A stretch of DNA of 64,000 nucleotides from Oceanispirochaeta sp. (GCA_963666275.2 CAXXOA010000001.1:2528001-2592000); one strand, 5' to 3'. Counted from the stretch's first letter, positions 8,510 to 18,028 are shown. A program made the numbers and translations. Notes: generated from the letters alone by a model not told the origin.

Positions 8510-9430
8510 CTAGACCGCTTCCAGGGCTTCCCGGCAGCTGGCGCAGTCCCCGCCTTCCGGGCAGGGAAGCCCTTCCAGACAGGGGAGCTTTTTCTTTCCC
8601 TCTTCGGGAGCCAGGATATTCTCAGGGCCGGCGGTTTTCCACCCCTCTGTGCGGACCCACTGGTCGGCCCGGCTGATGAGCTCTGCATCCGCCCGGGAGG
8701 AAAGGTTCCGGGAGCCTATCATATAGCGGTCCACAGGATTTTCAAGAGCTTTGAAGAGATTATCCCTTATGCTCTCCTCGCCCCGGGCCATTTCGTTGAT
8801 TATAGCCCTCATGTCTTTTCTTTTGGACTCCCTGCCGTAGGGACAGGTACAGACCAGTTTGTTGATCCTGTTTTTTGTGGCGAACCGGATCACATCCTGC
8901 TCCTTCACAAGAGCCAGGGGCCGGATCACCGTAATGGGATAGGAGTCGTATTCCAGCACGGGCAGCATGGTGGAGATCTCACCCTTGTAGGACATGTTCA
9001 TAAAAAAGGTTTCCAGAATATCGTCCATGTGATGGCCCAGGGCAATTTTGTTGCAGCCCTTCTCTACCGCCGATTTGATAAGCTCCATCCGTCTCTGGGT
9101 GGAACACCAGTAGCAGTTCATCTTCCGCCCCGGTTTGAGACGGGCAATCACGGGAACCTGTTTGATCTCGTAGGGGACCTCCCAGACTTCGAGGAAGCTC
9201 TCCATCCGGGTTTTCTTGCCGCAGTTGCAGAAGTCGGTTTTGATATGGATGCAGGTAAAATCAAAATCGATGGGATAGCCGCTGCGCTTCATTTTCATAA
9301 GATTGTAGGCCAGGGACATGGAGTCTTTTCCCCCTGATACGGCCACGAGGATTTTATCCCCCGGACGGATCATATCGTAGCGGAGGACGGCTTCGGAAAT
9401 TTTTTTGGAGAGGAGTGTATCTATTGTCAT
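8510..9430 (-). CDS. ttcA: tRNA 2-thiocytidine biosynthesis TtcA-family protein
   Basis: PP-loop SGGKDS, CYWC, GHHMDDILET, IRPL, CTCP. Confidence 0.85.
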   Translation of the reverse strand: MTIDTLLSKKISEAVLRYDMIRPGDKILVAVSGGKDSMSLAYNLMKMKRSGYPIDFDFTCIHIKTDFCNCGKKTRMESFLEVWEVPYEIKQVPVIARLKPGRKMNCYWCSTQRRMELIKSAVEKGCNKIALGHHMDDILETFFMNMSYKGEISTMLPVLEYDSYPITVIRPLALVKEQDVIRFATKNRINKLVCTCPYGRESKRKDMRAIINEMARGEESIRDNLFKALENPVDRYMIGSRNLSSRADAELISRADQWVRTEGWKTAGPENILAPEEGKKKLPCLEGLPCPEGGDCASCREALEAV

Positions 9431-9564
9431 ATATTACCATTATTATATTATTTTTAGACGGAAAATTTATCATAAAACGCCGGGAAAGTGTAAGTAGAAA
9501 CGAGGGAAGAATAGGTTCTTTTTAAGGGAATTTCATTCCCTGGGACCGATCGGAGCGGAGGGGG

Positions 9565-10167
9565 TCAGGAAGAGAGCCCCCAGTACTGCTGAATCCCCGC
9601 CAGCTGTATGGAGATCAGTTCATCCAGGTCCAGCGGATTCAGTCCCGTGTTCTGCCGTTCCAGCCCCAGCCGCAGGCCGTCGTTGATCGCAAACAGGATG
9701 CCCACCACCATTTCGGGGTCGGTCGATTTTTTCAGCTCCCCCCGGGCGATGGCCTGCCGGGTCAGCTCCACCTCCATCCGGTGGAATGTTCCCTCCAGGG
9801 CATAGTAGCGTTTCTGGATATCCTCCAGAACCGGATTGGTGCAGATTCCCACAAAGAAATTGGGAGCATAGCGCTTATAGAAAAGGATGCAGAACCTCAG
9901 GATATCCCTGTAAATTTCCATAATCGGTTTGTCCGCGCCCAGAATCCGTTCCATCTCAGTAGAAAAGTCCTGTTCCCATTTGTCATAGGAGGCGCTGAAA
10001 AGTCCGTATTTATCCTGAAAATAGTAGTAAACCGGACGGCGTGTGATTCCCAGGGCATCACAGATATCGGTGAGATTGGTGGACTCGAATCCCTTGAGGG
10101 CAAAAATTTCTATGGCCTTTTCAAGAATTTTCTTTTTGGTTGATACCTTTTCCGCCGGATCCGACAT
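9565..10167 (-). CDS. TetR/AcrR family regulator
   Basis: N-terminal HTH KILEKAIEIFALKGFESTNLTDICDALGITRRPVYYYFQDK; GAGGGAG RBS before ATG 10167. Confidence 0.92.
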   Translation of the reverse strand: MSDPAEKVSTKKKILEKAIEIFALKGFESTNLTDICDALGITRRPVYYYFQDKYGLFSASYDKWEQDFSTEMERILGADKPIMEIYRDILRFCILFYKRYAPNFFVGICTNPVLEDIQKRYYALEGTFHRMEVELTRQAIARGELKKSTDPEMVVGILFAINDGLRLGLERQNTGLNPLDLDELISIQLAGIQQYWGLSS

Positions 10168-10276
10168 TGTTTGAACTCCCTCTGTAAACCTGTATACCAT
10201 TATATGGAAATTCAGGAGTTTGATAAGTTCCCCGGGATTTCCGGCCTGAAGTTTCAGACCGGAAAGGTTTTAAAAT

Positions 10277-11683
10277 CTACCGGGCGGCGGCGTTTCTACC
10301 GGCGATCCGGCCGAATGTCAGAGACATCTGGATGGATGTTCCGCTGGCGGGATACACTTTGTTGAAAAAGCTTCCATTGGCCACCTCACCTGCGGCATAA
10401 AGCCCGTGGATGGGATTACCGGCCTTGTCCAGAACCTGCGTATCAAGGTCTGTTCTGACTCCTGTCAGAGTTCCCAGTATGGCAGGGACGATTTTCAGGG
10501 CGTAGTAGTCGGGTGTCTCCACTTTGGGAAGCCCTGTGAGAGATTTCCCGAACTCTGTATCTACTCCCTCTTCAATCATCCGGTTGTACCCGGCGACAGT
10601 TTCCTTCAGCCCTGCAGGATCAATCCCTGTCAGTGCGGCCAGCTCATCCAGTGAGGAGGCCTTGAAGGCAGAGCCTTTTTCTACCGCTTTGTCCAGAGTG
10701 TCTACATAGGTGTTACCGTCGAAGATCATATAGGCCACCTTATCCTTCTGCTGAACCAGCTCTTCGTAGAAGAGAGGATAATCGATGGTTTCGTTGACAA
10801 AACGTTTTCCCTGGAGGTTCACATTCAGATAGGGCATCCACATGAGCATGCAGATATCTGTGGTGTAGGCGGGCTCCCCTTCTACAGCGCGGAAACCGAT
10901 CACCCCCCCGTGGGAGACCACATCCGCCCCCAGAGCTTCGGCCATGACAAGACCGTCGCCGCTGTTGCCCGAACCGGCAAAGGTCATCTGAGCTTCCGCC
11001 ACAGGAGCATACCGGCTGATCAGTTCGGGGTTTCTGTCAAACCCGCCTGTGGCCAGCACAACCGCTCGGGCTTTATAGCGCAGATCCTCTCCCTCTTTGT
11101 CCCGGGCCAGAACGAAGCTGACCCTGTCGGCGTCCTTCTCAAGCCCTGTAACGGCGGTTCTTGTGAGGATTGTCACTCCCAGCTCTTCCGCCTTCTTCTT
11201 CATGGGATTGATCAGACCAGCCCCGTGGCTTGTGGATGTATGGGCCCTGAGAACAGGGCTGGTTCCGGCCACACCGGGACCGGTGAGTTCTACCCCCATG
11301 TCCAGCAGCCAGTCGATGGTGGCTCCCGAACGCTCGGCCACAAAGGTCAGAAACTCTTTATCGTTCTGCCCTTCCGCCCTTTCGGACCAGTAGGCCACCA
11401 GATTTTCCACGCTGTCTTCCACTCCCGCTTCCTTCTGCATCCGGGAGCCTGTGGCATAGACGATTCCCCCGGACAGGACGGTACTCCCCCCCAGCATGGG
11501 CATTTTTTCGAGCAGGGCCACAGAAGCCCCCGCTTCTGCCGCTTCGATGGAAGCGGCCAGCCCGGCGGCCCCGCCTCCCACGACAATCACATCATATGTA
11601 CCGGCGATTTTTTCTTTTCCGCCGCAGGAAGCCAGCAGAAAAACCAGGGCTCCCGCCAGAATAATATACAGAGTCTTTTTCAT
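10277..11683 (-). CDS. Lipoprotein flavocytochrome c / fumarate-reductase-like FAD oxidoreductase
   Basis: Lipobox LLASC; GGGAAG FAD motif, LEKMPMLGGST, LATGGF, GLYAAGE, FGRIAG. Confidence 0.9.
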   Translation of the reverse strand: MKKTLYIILAGALVFLLASCGGKEKIAGTYDVIVVGGGAAGLAASIEAAEAGASVALLEKMPMLGGSTVLSGGIVYATGSRMQKEAGVEDSVENLVAYWSERAEGQNDKEFLTFVAERSGATIDWLLDMGVELTGPGVAGTSPVLRAHTSTSHGAGLINPMKKKAEELGVTILTRTAVTGLEKDADRVSFVLARDKEGEDLRYKARAVVLATGGFDRNPELISRYAPVAEAQMTFAGSGNSGDGLVMAEALGADVVSHGGVIGFRAVEGEPAYTTDICMLMWMPYLNVNLQGKRFVNETIDYPLFYEELVQQKDKVAYMIFDGNTYVDTLDKAVEKGSAFKASSLDELAALTGIDPAGLKETVAGYNRMIEEGVDTEFGKSLTGLPKVETPDYYALKIVPAILGTLTGVRTDLDTQVLDKAGNPIHGLYAAGEVANGSFFNKVYPASGTSIQMSLTFGRIAGRNAAAR

Positions 11684-11697
11684 TTCATTCATCCTTT

Positions 11698-12060
11698 TCA
11701 CTGTTTTGCCTTCGCCGCTTTATCCAGAGCGGCATTGACAGCCTCCAGAATTCCGCCGGAAGTCACAGATGCGCCGCTCACAGAGTCTACTTCTGTGGAC
11801 TGAGCTTCAATCACTGCCAGGGGGATCTCTTCCAGAGCAATATCGGACACCCCTTCGGTTTCGTGCTGTTCATCGATCCGGATCCGGGCGATTTTTCCCT
11901 TCTCGACAAGGACTGAAAGGGCGATGGTTCCGTGGACCCCTTCCCCTTCTCCCGCGTACCAGCCATCGGCCCAGGGAGAGCTGCCGCCGCATCCGGCCAG
12001 GGTCACTCCCAGCGCAAACAGGAAGGCCAGAACCGGAAACAGTTTCATTTTGTTCCTCAT
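11698..12060 (-). CDS. FMN-binding (flavinylated) lipoprotein
   Basis: Lipobox LAGC; FMN_bind motif VDSVSGASVTS. Confidence 0.9.
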   Translation of the reverse strand: MRNKMKLFPVLAFLFALGVTLAGCGGSSPWADGWYAGEGEGVHGTIALSVLVEKGKIARIRIDEQHETEGVSDIALEEIPLAVIEAQSTEVDSVSGASVTSGGILEAVNAALDKAAKAKQ

Positions 12061-12083
12061 TTTTACTTCTCCTGAAATTTCAA

Positions 12084-12119
12084 ATTGTACACACATGTAC
12101 ATGTACATGCGTGTACAAT
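12084..12119. promoter_or_regulatory. 36-bp near-perfect palindrome, probable operator
   Basis: ATTGTACACACATGTACA|TGTACATGCGTGTACAAT: one mismatch, four TGTACA hexamers, just upstream of the FMN_bind gene. Confidence 0.7.
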
Positions 12120-12242
12120 CTAGGGCAAAAAAAAGTTTTGCACAAGTATTTGAGGTTATTTTATAGATATTTTTTTAGCTAATTGACAAAAAATCCATCC
12201 CGGGAGTCGATCAGAACCGGAAACAGCCCCTCCCCGGGGCCA

Positions 12243-13205
12243 TTATCCTCTCAGTAACTCCCAGGGATGGGCGATATCGCAGTATTCAAACCACTCATTC
12301 CGGGCAATTTCATAGAGTTCCTGATGAACAAAGGAGAAATGTTTTCGGGCAAAAGCGCTGTTTTTCCACAGCTCCATCGCCACTCCCAGGCTGTTGGGCA
12401 TCACAGGGGGGGCGGCTTTATCGGGATGATGATCCTCGCCAAAACCGGCGGAGAGCATACAGAGATAGGAACCCAGCACAAGGAAGGGCTCGGACCAGCT
12501 GTCGGCCTGCCGGAATACCACCGTATGAGTGGATTTTCTGTCATACCAGAGAAGGGCATTGACATCCCGGTCTGAGGAGATTCGGCAGTCACAGGGGATA
12601 TCCCACAGGGGTGTCACCTTTTTCGGTGTGATCCTTTTATAGCTGTTCACATGGCAGCAGGGAATGACTGCCAGTTCCCGGGACAAAGCGGCGGCCGCCC
12701 TTAAGCCGCGGTTCAGAGTCGGCAGGGGAAAATCCTTTTCAATCTCAAGGATGAACTCCAGCCCGTTCGGGGCCAGGCCGTCAATTTTCGGCGTAAAAAG
12801 AGGATAGAAACCCTCCTTTTCGGCAAGGGTAAAAAGGGAGGATTTCATTTTTTCCAGAGTCTCTATAAGTTCCCCGGGATGTTTACCCCGGATCATAAGG
12901 GTATGCTGCTTTAAATCATGATTATAGAGGAGCTCCCCTTCCTGCCCCGGAGAGAGGAAGCCCCGATCCAGAGCTTCCGCCGGGATGGCCCCTTCCAGGG
13001 GGGTTAGTTTCCGGAACGCCCACTCGGGAGAAGCAGAAAAATCCTCATCCCGAAAACAGTAGAAACCAGCCCGGACTTCCCAGGAGCGAACAGGACAGAG
13101 AGAGGCAAATCTGGAAACCTGATCTTCAAAAAAGCTCCGGATCTTTTCTCTGTCCAGTTCTCCTGTGATCCGATTGGCATTTTTATTATTGGAATTCTGT
13201 TTCAC
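12243..13205 (-). CDS. Degenerate glutamine synthetase catalytic-domain-like protein
   Basis: FTPK...NG, VNSYKRI, FRQAD...EPFLVL, MPNSL, HPWEL echo GS C-terminal motifs; catalytic His/Glu/Arg positions appear substituted. Confidence 0.6.
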   Translation of the reverse strand: MKQNSNNKNANRITGELDREKIRSFFEDQVSRFASLCPVRSWEVRAGFYCFRDEDFSASPEWAFRKLTPLEGAIPAEALDRGFLSPGQEGELLYNHDLKQHTLMIRGKHPGELIETLEKMKSSLFTLAEKEGFYPLFTPKIDGLAPNGLEFILEIEKDFPLPTLNRGLRAAAALSRELAVIPCCHVNSYKRITPKKVTPLWDIPCDCRISSDRDVNALLWYDRKSTHTVVFRQADSWSEPFLVLGSYLCMLSAGFGEDHHPDKAAPPVMPNSLGVAMELWKNSAFARKHFSFVHQELYEIARNEWFEYCDIAHPWELLRG

Positions 13206-13625
13206 TCTGACGTCTCCTGATTTTCCCTATAGGAAATGTATTTTCTCAAAGACTGAAGCCTTAAGCCCGGCCGGGATCATCCCGGAAGGGAAAAAAAGTT
13301 TAAAAGGTAGAGATTGAAATGGTCCTGTAGGGGATTCTCAGTTCAGAAATGTCTCTGTACTCTTACAGGGTACGGATTTCCTTGGGGTAAGACAATTCTC
13401 CGGGAAATATTTTTCCTGCAGATTCCATCAGCATTCCACTATCTTATTTTCAGATAGTAACTTAGACTTCTACCCGCAGTATGAACCCTACATTTTTGAA
13501 GGATTCTTATCCCTTCTCTGCCTCTTGAGTTCGAGCCTCAGTGCCAGGACGCTTTCAGCAGGAACGGTCCAGGATAAGAGGGAACTCTCCCTTGCGGCCC
13601 GGGAGCCCCGGGATTAGAATGGATT

Positions 13626-14267
13626 ATGCACCGCAAAGACAATCAGCCAGACAAGAAAACCCTGGACTACTACAACAGCCATGCGGCCCGAGTCTTCCAG
13701 CTTTACAGTTCCATACCCAGCCCCCTGAAAGATCTTTTTTTAGAATTTCTCCCTCCCGGCGGGAGGATACTGGATATAGGATGCGCCGCCGGAAGAGAGC
13801 TGAATGCGCTGAGACAGGAGGGTTTTGAAGCCTATGGAATGGAAAGTTCCCGGGAACTTATCGATCAGTTACAGGAGAACTGCCCCGCCCTGAAGGATTA
13901 CGTATTCCCGGGGTATCTGCCCGAAGGGATACCGGAAGATATCCAGGGACGATCACCATGGGACGGCCTGGTCTGCTCTGCGGTCCTGCAGCATATCCGT
14001 GACAGCCAACTGGCTCCTTCTGCCGCCTCCCTCTCCCGGCTTCTTATCCCCCGGGGCCGGCTGATCCTGACGGTTCCCGGATCCTATCCACTGAAAAAGG
14101 ATGATCGGGATGAACAGGAGAGGCTCTTCCGGATCCGTCCGGCTGAAGAGCTTATGACTCTTTTTGAAAACTGCCGGCTCGGCCTGCTGGAAAGGCGGGA
14201 CAGCAGGGACTCTTTAAAGAGGGACGGGATAAGCTGGATGACCCTGATATTTGAGAAAGAGGGATAA
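13626..14267 (+). CDS. Class I SAM-dependent methyltransferase
   Basis: ILDIGCAAG motif I, DGLVCSAVLQH, LIPRGRLILT. Confidence 0.9.
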   Translation: MHRKDNQPDKKTLDYYNSHAARVFQLYSSIPSPLKDLFLEFLPPGGRILDIGCAAGRELNALRQEGFEAYGMESSRELIDQLQENCPALKDYVFPGYLPEGIPEDIQGRSPWDGLVCSAVLQHIRDSQLAPSAASLSRLLIPRGRLILTVPGSYPLKKDDRDEQERLFRIRPAEELMTLFENCRLGLLERRDSRDSLKRDGISWMTLIFEKEG

Positions 14268-14299
14268 AATACAAGGAGAGATTCCTGGGGTTAAAAGCT

Positions 14300-14686
14300 G
14301 TGAAGGACCAACAGAAGGCACTGATAGAATACATAAAGGAACACTTTGTAGGCTGGCTGGAAGAGAAGAATGTCATCCCCTTTCCCCAGAGAAGCGGTCT
14401 CCTCGAGACGCAGCTTCTGGAACGGATGGTCCGGGTGGAAGAAGAGCTGAAACGGCAGAATGATAAATTCGCCCGGATTGATGAACGATTCGAACATATG
14501 AACGGAAAGTTCGATATGATGTTGGCTCACAGTGATAAAAGATTTGAAGCCCCGGACCGCCGATTTGAAACAATCGATCAGAGATTTGAAGAGATGGACC
14601 GCCGTTTTAACAGGCAGTCCCTCTATCAGCTGGCCACATTCACAGCCATTGTGGGAAGCGCCGCAGCCATTTTGCTGCAGGGATAA
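14300..14686 (+). CDS. Coiled-coil repeat protein with C-terminal membrane anchor (Bdr/DUF1640-like), copy 1
   Basis: Heptad repeats KFARIDE/RFEHMNG/RFETIDQ/RFEEMDR and a terminal TM; paralogue at 21347; CTG at 14285 aligns with the ATG of copy 2. Confidence 0.75.
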   Translation: MKDQQKALIEYIKEHFVGWLEEKNVIPFPQRSGLLETQLLERMVRVEEELKRQNDKFARIDERFEHMNGKFDMMLAHSDKRFEAPDRRFETIDQRFEEMDRRFNRQSLYQLATFTAIVGSAAAILLQG

Positions 14687-14690
14687 AATC

Positions 14691-15410
14691 TCATCCCCTC
14701 TTTTTTATCTGCATAACATCGCTCTGAAAGGTCCGGCCGTCCAGAGCAATCAGGTCTGCCTCCTCCCGTAATGCGAAGGGTTGACCGATAAACCGGAGAA
14801 ACTCCCCCACCTGTACAGAAGCCACCAGAGCGGCCGTATGGGGCATCACCGGTTTGGGAGGATTCTCCCTGCCGGCGAAATCGGAGCCCAGAAGATCGGC
14901 GTATCCGAAAGAGGGCGGGTTCAGAACCGCCGCCTGACCGTAATAGCCCGTCACGCCCCCGTGAACCAGCAGGCCCGGTCTGTTCTGTTCTTCCCACACC
15001 CTGACCAGAGCGGTTTCCAGCCCGGCCCTGGCGGAAAAGCTGTCCAGGCAGTCGAAGCAGATATCCGTTCCTCCCAGATGCTTTCCGGGGCGGTCATTCC
15101 TGTTCAGTGCCTTTACCACAGGAACAATGGTAATATCCGGATGAATCGCCCTCAGCCTTTTCTCCGCTCTCTCGGCCTTGGGACGGCCCAGATCCTCCCT
15201 TGTGTAGAGGCTCTGCCGGTTCAGATCCGGTTCGTCCAGGATCCCCGGATCCCACACTTCCAGGCGGGTCACCCCCAGGCGGACCAGCAGATCCAGCACA
15301 TGAGACCCCAGTCCTCCCGCTCCGACAACCACAAAAGCGGCGTTTCTCACAAACTCCCACTGTTCATCGCTCAGAAGAGGCCGGTGTCTTGAAAAATATT
15401 CAGAATTCAT
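14691..15410 (-). CDS. ThiF/MoeB (E1-like) adenylyltransferase
   Basis: VVGAGGLGS, DLNRQ, DCLD motifs; adjacent to MoaD-like genes. Confidence 0.9.
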   Translation of the reverse strand: MNSEYFSRHRPLLSDEQWEFVRNAAFVVVGAGGLGSHVLDLLVRLGVTRLEVWDPGILDEPDLNRQSLYTREDLGRPKAERAEKRLRAIHPDITIVPVVKALNRNDRPGKHLGGTDICFDCLDSFSARAGLETALVRVWEEQNRPGLLVHGGVTGYYGQAAVLNPPSFGYADLLGSDFAGRENPPKPVMPHTAALVASVQVGEFLRFIGQPFALREEADLIALDGRTFQSDVMQIKKRG

Positions 15411-15416
15411 AGGCTC

Positions 15417-15641
15417 TCAGCCCCCCCCTACGGGAGGAAAGAGGGAAAGCGTATCATCCTCTGAAAGGGTATGGTCCAGAGGAACCCCCCGTCCGTTCAC
15501 AAAAATAACGGCCACATCCTCTTCGGCGATCTCAAGCCTTTGCAGAACATCCCGGATTCCCGCCTGTTCACTCAGATCCATGATCTGCTCTTTTTCTCTG
15601 TTTTCCCTGAAGGTAGCAAATAGCTTTACCTTAACCTGCAC
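15417..15641 (-). CDS. MoaD/ThiS sulfur-carrier protein
   Basis: Beta-grasp pattern VKLFATFR...FVNG...LFPPVGGG with terminal diglycine. Confidence 0.92.
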   Translation of the reverse strand: MQVKVKLFATFRENREKEQIMDLSEQAGIRDVLQRLEIAEEDVAVIFVNGRGVPLDHTLSEDDTLSLFPPVGGG

Positions 15642-15664
15642 TGACTATCTCCTTACTCATTACT

Positions 15665-15994
15665 TTATTCTTTACTTTGTATTTTGAAATTGGCTTTATT
15701 GCCGCCGTTTTTCCCGTAGAATCCGAAGGCGATCCTGTAGGGGCCGGGGCATCCCGGAGGAAGGAACGCCACCCTGTCTCCGGGATGTATAGTATAGTCT
15801 ACAGCCTGGACAATACGGTTTACAAAAATCACTTCGATATCTTCCAGGGAGATCCCCAGTTTTCCCGCCAGTTCTATCCCCGTTAGAGGGTCCTCCAGAG
15901 GCATATGCACCGGGATTCCCCCGTATTTTTTCCGCAGGTATGCATCAAGTTTAAGGAATCCCCGGATCTCAATGGTCCTGTCTGTCTCTTCCAT
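15665..15994 (-). CDS. MoaD/ThiS-like ubiquitin-fold protein with C-terminal extension and no terminal GG
   Basis: IFVN...GDRVAFLPPGCPGPYR...; AGGAGG RBS. Confidence 0.8.
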   Translation of the reverse strand: MEETDRTIEIRGFLKLDAYLRKKYGGIPVHMPLEDPLTGIELAGKLGISLEDIEVIFVNRIVQAVDYTIHPGDRVAFLPPGCPGPYRIAFGFYGKNGGNKANFKIQSKE

Positions 15995-16010
15995 AAGCTG
16001 CCTCCTGAGC

Positions 16011-16047
16011 AAAAAATCCCCGGAAAAGAGACACCTTTCCCGGGATT
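16011..16047 (-). terminator. Intrinsic terminator or intercistronic hairpin after aor
   Basis: Minus strand AATCCCGGGAAAGG...TTTTCCGGGGATT followed by a T-run. Confidence 0.65.
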
Positions 16048-16069
16048 ATGGTCCGATTCAAATCAGATC

Positions 16070-17809
16070 TTAAAAGTTATAGACCTGATCGATCTCTTCG
16101 GGGGTAAAATCCCAGACCGTATTATGGGGAGCGATGGGCTCGTACTCCATAAACTCGGGCAGCCTGTCATGGGCATTGGTAAATCCGGCGCGTCTGTTGA
16201 AATCCCGTTCCACCTTGAGGACCGATTCGCCCAGTTTGTCCACATCTTCAGAGCTCAGGTTGATCCCGTACTGGGCATTGATCATATCGATCAGGGCCTG
16301 GTATCCCCCGGGATTATCGGCAATACCGAAGTAGACGAACAGGCACATCCCCGTACTGTCCACGGCGGCCGTACCGATCTGCATGGCCCGGGCGTACTCG
16401 ATCTGACCGTCTTTTTTCAGGGGATCCAGGTCGGCTCCCACTTTCAGGATATTTCCCGAGATACAGTAACCCGCCGTATGGTCCGCCCCCATGGGAGTGG
16501 TGGCGTAGGTCAGGCCGATTCCCTTGACTGAACGGGGATCGTAGGCCGGGATGGCCTGGTCTTTCACAACCGGAACCCTGTAGAGTCCGCAGGCTTTGCC
16601 CACGGCAGAGCATCCGCTGGCGATGATCCGTGCCAGAGGGGTGGGTTTGGCCATATCCTTGATGATTTCAAGAACCTGTTTGCCGTCTCCCCAGGGAATC
16701 AGACCGCCCTCCATGGCTGTGGCTATGGCAACGGCGGTTTCAATACTGTCCACTCCCACATCGTCCATGGCCCGGTCGGCATAGGCAATGTCGTCCAGAT
16801 CTTTGATTCCCGCATCGGCTCCCAGGCCCCAGATGGTTTCGTATTCGAATCCGCTGGTAATGTACTTCCCCTTTTTGTCGGCATACCACTGGGAACAGCG
16901 GATGATGCAGCCTTTATGACAGCCGTGGGAGACTTTCCCCTCGCCGCCCCGTTCGGTGATGGTGGCGTTGAGTGTTTCCCCGGAGATATTGTCGCTGTAG
17001 TCAATCTGGCCGGAGGTAAAGTTATGGGCAGGGAGCCCTCCCGCTTCGTTGAGGATATTCACAAGAACATCCGTACCATAGGCGGCCAGCCCCTGGCCTG
17101 CCACGGGGTGATCCATCAGGGCTTTGGCGAAAACTTTGGAAGCGGCTTTGAACTTTTCCGGATCCGCCACAGGAACTTTGGGGGCATCCGTGTCATCGAT
17201 TACGATGGCCTTGACCTTCTTGGAACCCAGAACGGCCCCCAGCCCTCCCCGTCCGGCGCTGCGGATATTGCCGTCGGGATCCCGGAAAGATATATTGGCA
17301 GAGGCCAGGCGGTACTCCCCGGCCGGACCGGCCAGACCGATGCCCACTTTTGGCCCGTATTTTTCACTGAGCACTTCCATGGCTCTGTAGTTGCCGCATC
17401 CCCCCAGGATCTCCTCGGGCGCTTTTTCGATGGTAACGCCCTTCATATCGACTTTGATGATATAAAATGTATCCTCTGCGGGCATTCCCTCTATGACAAG
17501 GGCTTTGATTCCCATTTTCGCCATCTGCTGGGAGACCACGCCTCCTGTGTTGCACTCTTTGATGGTTCCCGTCAGGGGGCTTTTGGCTCCCACGGAAAGA
17601 CGGCCCGAGTTGGGGGCGGTGGTGCCGCTCAGCAGGCCCGGAGCCAGGATCAGTTTGTTGTTTTTTCCCAGGGGATGACAGGATGGCTTGACCTCGTCAT
17701 TGACAAAATTGGATGTCAGGGCTCTTCCGCCCAGTCCCAGATATTTTTCGGGAACCGCCTCTGTGACAGCCTCACCTGTGGTCATATTCACTCTGATAAA
17801 TTTGTTCAT
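16070..17809 (-). CDS. aor: Aldehyde:ferredoxin oxidoreductase (W/Mo-bis-pterin AOR family)
   Basis: KSPLTG, GPAGE, GRGGLGAVLGSKKVKAI, C-x2-GC-x3-C (CHKGCIIRC), EYET, DSTGMCLF, DRLP. Confidence 0.95.
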   Translation of the reverse strand: MNKFIRVNMTTGEAVTEAVPEKYLGLGGRALTSNFVNDEVKPSCHPLGKNNKLILAPGLLSGTTAPNSGRLSVGAKSPLTGTIKECNTGGVVSQQMAKMGIKALVIEGMPAEDTFYIIKVDMKGVTIEKAPEEILGGCGNYRAMEVLSEKYGPKVGIGLAGPAGEYRLASANISFRDPDGNIRSAGRGGLGAVLGSKKVKAIVIDDTDAPKVPVADPEKFKAASKVFAKALMDHPVAGQGLAAYGTDVLVNILNEAGGLPAHNFTSGQIDYSDNISGETLNATITERGGEGKVSHGCHKGCIIRCSQWYADKKGKYITSGFEYETIWGLGADAGIKDLDDIAYADRAMDDVGVDSIETAVAIATAMEGGLIPWGDGKQVLEIIKDMAKPTPLARIIASGCSAVGKACGLYRVPVVKDQAIPAYDPRSVKGIGLTYATTPMGADHTAGYCISGNILKVGADLDPLKKDGQIEYARAMQIGTAAVDSTGMCLFVYFGIADNPGGYQALIDMINAQYGINLSSEDVDKLGESVLKVERDFNRRAGFTNAHDRLPEFMEYEPIAPHNTVWDFTPEEIDQVYNF

Positions 17810-17892
17810 CTCTGTTCTCCCTTTGAGGTGTTCACCATTGCCGGTGTTTTAAAATGATACATAGAAATCCTCCTTTTCCTGTTCTTACTGAA

Positions 17893-17908
17893 TGCAAGAA
17901 ACAGGCCA
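17893..17908 (-). promoter_or_regulatory. Sigma54 (-24/-12) promoter of aor
   Basis: Minus strand TGGCCTGTTTCTTGCA, i.e. GG-N10-GC. Confidence 0.85.
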
Positions 17909-17970
17909 ATAGAGGAAAAGGGGTAAAATAGCCTTTTACAGGGAATTCAGAGAAAGAGAGAGTGTTCCGT

Positions 17971-18021
17971 TGCTCCACAATGGAACACTCTGTTCCCGGA
18001 GGGGTGTTCCATTATGGAGCA
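17971..18021. promoter_or_regulatory. Two palindromic upstream activator sites for the sigma54 activator
   Basis: TGCTCC-ACAAT-GGAACA (17971-17987) and TGTTCC-ATTAT-GGAGCA (18005-18021), near reverse complements of each other. Confidence 0.7.
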
Positions 18022-18028
18022 GTCTATG

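Noticed and set aside
13525..13545. tRNA-like T-arm GAGTTCGAGCCTC
   Set aside because: No D-arm, anticodon arm or acceptor stem around it
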